The notes under the pieces: generated by a model
The model's input: only the letters and a program-made list of their open reading frames with translations
Told to the model about the DNA's origin: nothing
Database searches by the model: none
Made by a program: the position numbers and the translations under genes
Part shown: piece by piece, positions 58,523 to 64,000 of the stretch
Layout of the letters: each line of letters begins with the position of its first letter
Position numbering within the stretch: the first letter of the stretch is position 1
NCBI RefSeq assembly: GCF_009914755.1
Contig: NC_060931.1
Length of the DNA: 64,000 bases
Source of the DNA: the human T2T-CHM13v2.0 reference genome, Homo sapiens
Reading direction: 5' to 3' (one strand)

Positions 58523-58892
58523 TCTATTAGTCAGCTCAAGCTGCCATACAAAGTGCCAGAGACTGGGTGGTTCAAACAATAGAAATTTTCTCACAGTTTT
58601 GGAGGCTAGAAGTCCAAGATCAAGGTGCTTTCAAGATTGGTTTCTGGTAAGGCCTCTTTTCCTGACTTGGAGATGGCCTCCTCTGTCTGTATCCTCACAT
58701 GATCTTTCCTCTGTGCATGCAGCCCTCTTGCTCTTCTTAGAAGGCCACCTGCCCTATCAGATTTGGGCCTTAGCCTTATGATCTCATTTAACCTTAATTA
58801 CCTGCTTAAAGGTTCTACCTCCAAATATAGTGACATCGTGAGTTGAGACTTGAACATATAAATTTTGGGGAAACCACATTCTGTCCGTAACA
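58523..58892 (-). mobile_element. MLT1A0-like LTR
   Basis: gctgccatacaaagtgccagagactgggtgg...ggaggctagaagtccaagatcaaggtg...cattctgtccgtaaca. Confidence 0.85.
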
Positions 58893-59883
58893 GTAGTTCT
58901 AGCCTCCATTCAGGGAGCACATGGGAGGCTCATCTCTGTGAGTACGTCACATATTGGGACTTGGCTAAGGGTTTTCCAATCCCAAAGAGTTAAAATAATG
59001 TATTATTATAGACTCAAGCAAAACTAAAAGAAGCAGGTTAACAGCATTTGACCTGTTCTCTCCAATTTTATTTTTTCCCTTTTGGAGAACTCTGAGAAAG
59101 ACCCTTTGGAAATTCTCTTTATGTTCATCTTGGTCTGATTCTCTTTTCAGATTTGTTTCATAGTTTTTCCTTCATGATGTATCACTATGTTTCATGTTCC
59201 CTCTCTGTCTCTCCCTCTCCTCCCTCCCCCTCTCTCTCTTAATTTGAACTATGCAATTTATTCAGCACTTGATATTCCAGACCACCATTAATTATGCTCT
59301 CAGCAATGTCAACCTTCTTTTCAGTTCATCTATGGAAATTTTATTTAAAATAGTCAAAAATTCTGTAAAGTCTTTTGTGCGTGTGTGCTTTACATATCTA
59401 AACGTATCTATACATTTTACACATCTATGCATATCCCTGAATATTGTAAGTTTTATTCAGACTTTTCCTTCAGTTCTAATTAAAAAGGCATCCCTTTGTC
59501 CTAGATATTTATCTTGATTTTCATCTGTTATGTTTCTGCTTTTCTGATGTGTGCATTTCTCTTTGTTTATCTTTTGTCTTCCTGTGATCATTTTGGTAAA
59601 GCACATTGATAAGATCCAGGCCATAAGATGGTGAAAACACCAACATTTCTTCTCTTGAGGGTTATCACTAATTTTGATATGCCAATTTTTCCTACCATCT
59701 TCAGAAACAAAAAATAAAAATCTAGTCTTCCAGGGCAGTTCCTTATCTTAGTGTTCATAGAATTGATGAGTCATGCTAGAGGCATCAGCATGAAGGTGAC
59801 TGATAAAACTCTTTCCCAAAAGGGTTTGCAAGGTTCTCTACTAGACTCTGCAGGAGTTAAGAAAGTAAACCTTCTGCCTTAAG

Positions 59884-60062
59884 CAGTGTTTCTCTAATTT
59901 GTTTGCATATTAAAATAACCCAGGCATTCTTTAAAATATCCAATGCTCAGGTCATACCCAAGGGCGATGAAATCAGAATTTCTAGACATGGAACCTAGAC
60001 ATCGGTACTTCTTATAGCTCCCTAGTTGATTCTAATGTGTAGCAAAGTATTGAAAGTTCTGG
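59884..60062. mobile_element. MER5A
   Basis: cagtgtttctc..tgcatattaaaataaccc..aatcagaatttct..gattctaatgtgtagcaaag. Confidence 0.75.
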
Positions 60063-60704
60063 CCAAAGAGCTCCAGAATAAGCAGTCCCTCTCTTCTGCC
60101 ACTCATAACCACCTTTGACCTCCCCCTGCACCAATATCTATTCAACTAGTAGATGGCCTCAGTTTAGGCTCTTATGTTCCTTCAGAGACAGATGGGGAGA
60201 AGGGCTGGAAGAGTGTTGAGTTTTTTCTTTCTTAGAATTTGACATTCCGTAGATGTTCTCCCTCTCTCTCTCTCTGACTCTCTGTCTCTCAACTGCCTGT
60301 AAAAGATGACACACATAATGTCTTTATTAATTTATTTTTGGCAAGCAACTCAGTTTCTCTCATTTAAGATAACATTCTTTGATTCAGTGTTTTCATTTAC
60401 TAAGTACTTGGACAGCTTTCTTGCTCTCATGAGATATTTTTCAAGTACAGAAAATTTGAAGAGGAAGCCCTATGATTTATATTCTATATGCCAAAATGTT
60501 AGAATTATTTTTTAACTTCTGGCCTAGAATTCTTTTTAATTTAACTTACTTAGTATATTTAATTTATACACATAAATAAAATGAAATAATTTCTCAAAAT
60601 GACAGTTTGACACATTCCTACCAATTTTCATATCTCATGATATACTTATTTCATTCAGTTTGTCATGGAAGCACTTCAAGTATTTTTCTTCATCCCTCTA
60701 ATTT

Positions 60705-61041
<337 letters not shown>

Positions 61042-61096
61042 CATCCCCTAAATTTTTAACACTGCTTCTTTTTAAATCTTCTCTAACCCTTAATGA

Positions 61097-61410
<314 letters not shown>

Positions 61411-62204
61411 TGCTTAGTTTTTAATTTAAGAAAATATTCAGCCTTTATATTATTATTTCACCTAAATTATTTAATCTCTTGAGGATACATCAAATGAGAT
61501 ACAATGAGCCATTCTCTTTTATTAAACGGTGGTATTGCTTTAGAACTAAAACAATCAGTATGATAGATTTTCCATCAATGATTTGAAAAATATTAAAGTG
61601 ACAACACATATGTTCTTGTTGTATTTGCAACCTTCTACCCTTAGAGAAATCGACAACTCTTTGCTCCTAGCAAATTTATAAGGTGAAAACTTGGTAACTA
61701 TAACACAGTGAATTCATCTGTTTCCCAAGAATTGTCTACATTATGAGCACACACGGTATTCTAGAAGCCCAGCAGAGCACATTCAAGCAGATTTCTTGCA
61801 ACTCATATTGGAAAAGACAATTATCCCCAGGCAGCATAAGGGCTTACAGCAGGGGGCCAGCAAACTTAATGCTACTACACATATGTATTATTTGCTGTTT
61901 GCATATCAAAAGCAATTTCTTTGACACATATATTGCTTGTTTGTTAGTTGATTTGTTAAACTATGGAATAATTCAATAGACGAATGGCTAAATGATAGTA
62001 ATCACACTTCTTTACTTACTTTTTGTTGATTTTAAGCTATCTTATTTAAAACATTTCTTAAAAGAAGTAAAAATTCTAGTCTCATAACTTCATATAAATT
62101 GGAAATTAAAATACAAGTAAACATAATGCAATAATTTCCAGTGGGGCTTTGAAGAGCCTAGAAGAAGTATTACATTTTTGTTTTGAGAACTACGTATTCA
62201 ATGA

Positions 62205-62553
<349 letters not shown>

Positions 62554-64000
62554 TACAATGCACATTTTTATTGTCATGTGTTAAGTTGAAGATTGGTACT
62601 CTGTAATCGATACAATATAGTTTTATATATATACAAACTAAACTTTGAAAAGTTTTTAGTAAATTGTGTCATTACAATTGACTCCTAATACGTTCAAAAA
62701 CTGATTCATAATAGTCAGCCAGACGTCACAATCTTTCAATGCTACTGCTCCTATGCTCTTTCTCAGTTATGATATGCAACCCTCAGTCAGGAAAGTGTGT
62801 ATAGCAACTGCCCAGGATCCACTTCACTCAGAATAAACAACACAATACTGGGTCTGATCTTAACTTTTTCCTCTAATGTGGTCACACAAGATACTCCATT
62901 ATCATATGTGCTGGCAAGACTGACACAGTAATATAAGGCAGAAATATCCAGGTTCACTCTGTCTCCTCTATTTCTCTTTTGAACAATAATGGAAATAAAT
63001 AATTGTAGTTAGCCCACATTACCATAAAGAGAAAAGTAAAACCATTTTTCTTTTCTATGACTTCTACTGGGATTAAAAACTACTTTTTTAATAAAAGCAT
63101 AGTTAACATTTACATCGCATACAAGTCTTTTCCAGATTATCTTTTTCTCTAGATGACCCCTAAAGAGTTATCTTAGTTATATAGAGAGAACTTTTCACTT
63201 CAGCAGTCATTTTCTGAAGGATATTTCATGCTGAAATGTCTTTGAAGTATCATTTTTCATCAGCCCTCTAAACCTATTGAAAATGTCTCCACAGTACCTG
63301 AAACATTTTCTCTGTTGAAATATATCATTTTACATTACTCAGATGTTCTGAAAATTCATAAAGTAGCAATCATAATTTATTGAAATTTCTTTCTGCCAGT
63401 CAGAAATGAATAAAACTATATAGTGCATTCAAGAGGAAACAGAAAAGAAAAATGAAAAGAGTAACATCAGTACCTTTAGTTTAGAAGTAACGTAAGATTG
63501 TTTTTGGTAAACAATATCAGCAGTTTTCCATAATTCTAGTTTTTATTTCAAGCTGGTGAAACACTGAGCCTAGGATTGTGTGGCAAACTTTATACTGCAG
63601 ATCTCTAATAGGCTTGCTGTTTTAATTTAAACAACAATTATTTAATATTCGTCCACTGCACACAATGGCTTGACAGTGTACATACAGCCTGGCTTCCTGA
63701 AAGTTACATTAGAAGTTGTCAGAATGGTTTTTTCATCATCATGAAATTTATTTAATAACATATTTTTAATAGCCTTTGTCTTTTATTCTTCTCTCATTCG
63801 TAATAGAGTAAATGTTTCTTCTTTTATCAGAGATTGGATCTTGCCTTTGGTGGTTAAGCTCTTTTCTTTTATGTCTTCTCAGGAATTTTGTTCACCCTTC
63901 TGGTCGTCTTTCTACACTGCTTCCCTCGTTACTGAGTTCTCAACAGGGCTTGTTTCCTTCCCCTCTGGCTGCCTTTTTTCCTCCTTAAATCTTACTTGCT

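Overview
AT-rich primate genomic DNA, most likely human because it carries an Alu with all six AluYg6 diagnostic bases. I found no intact protein-coding gene, RNA gene or CRISPR array. The main non-TE feature is a processed pseudogene of DPY19L4 (C-mannosyltransferase family), about 9155-13715 on +. It runs from the 5' UTR to the polyA signal and is flanked by a TSD. It lacks two internal blocks that appear to match whole parent exons, and its 3' UTR carries an LTR12 solo LTR and an Alu. The rest is largely a nested transposon fossil record: a twin-primed, 5'-inverted L1PA4/5 containing the AluYg6; a degenerate ERVL pol (RT, RNase H, integrase) split by L1MA and MLT2; a two-LTR MLT1 MaLR split by MER11 and Alus; a hAT/Charlie transposase remnant; and many Alu, L1, MaLR, MIR, L2 and MER elements. 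Family, subfamily and exon assignments come from recalled consensus or protein sequences, not a search, and boundaries of old elements are approximate. I do not see convincing evidence for a wholly new biological system. The best leads are the exon-skipped retrocopy with possible promoters, the L1 inversion junctions and two small templated-duplication signatures.
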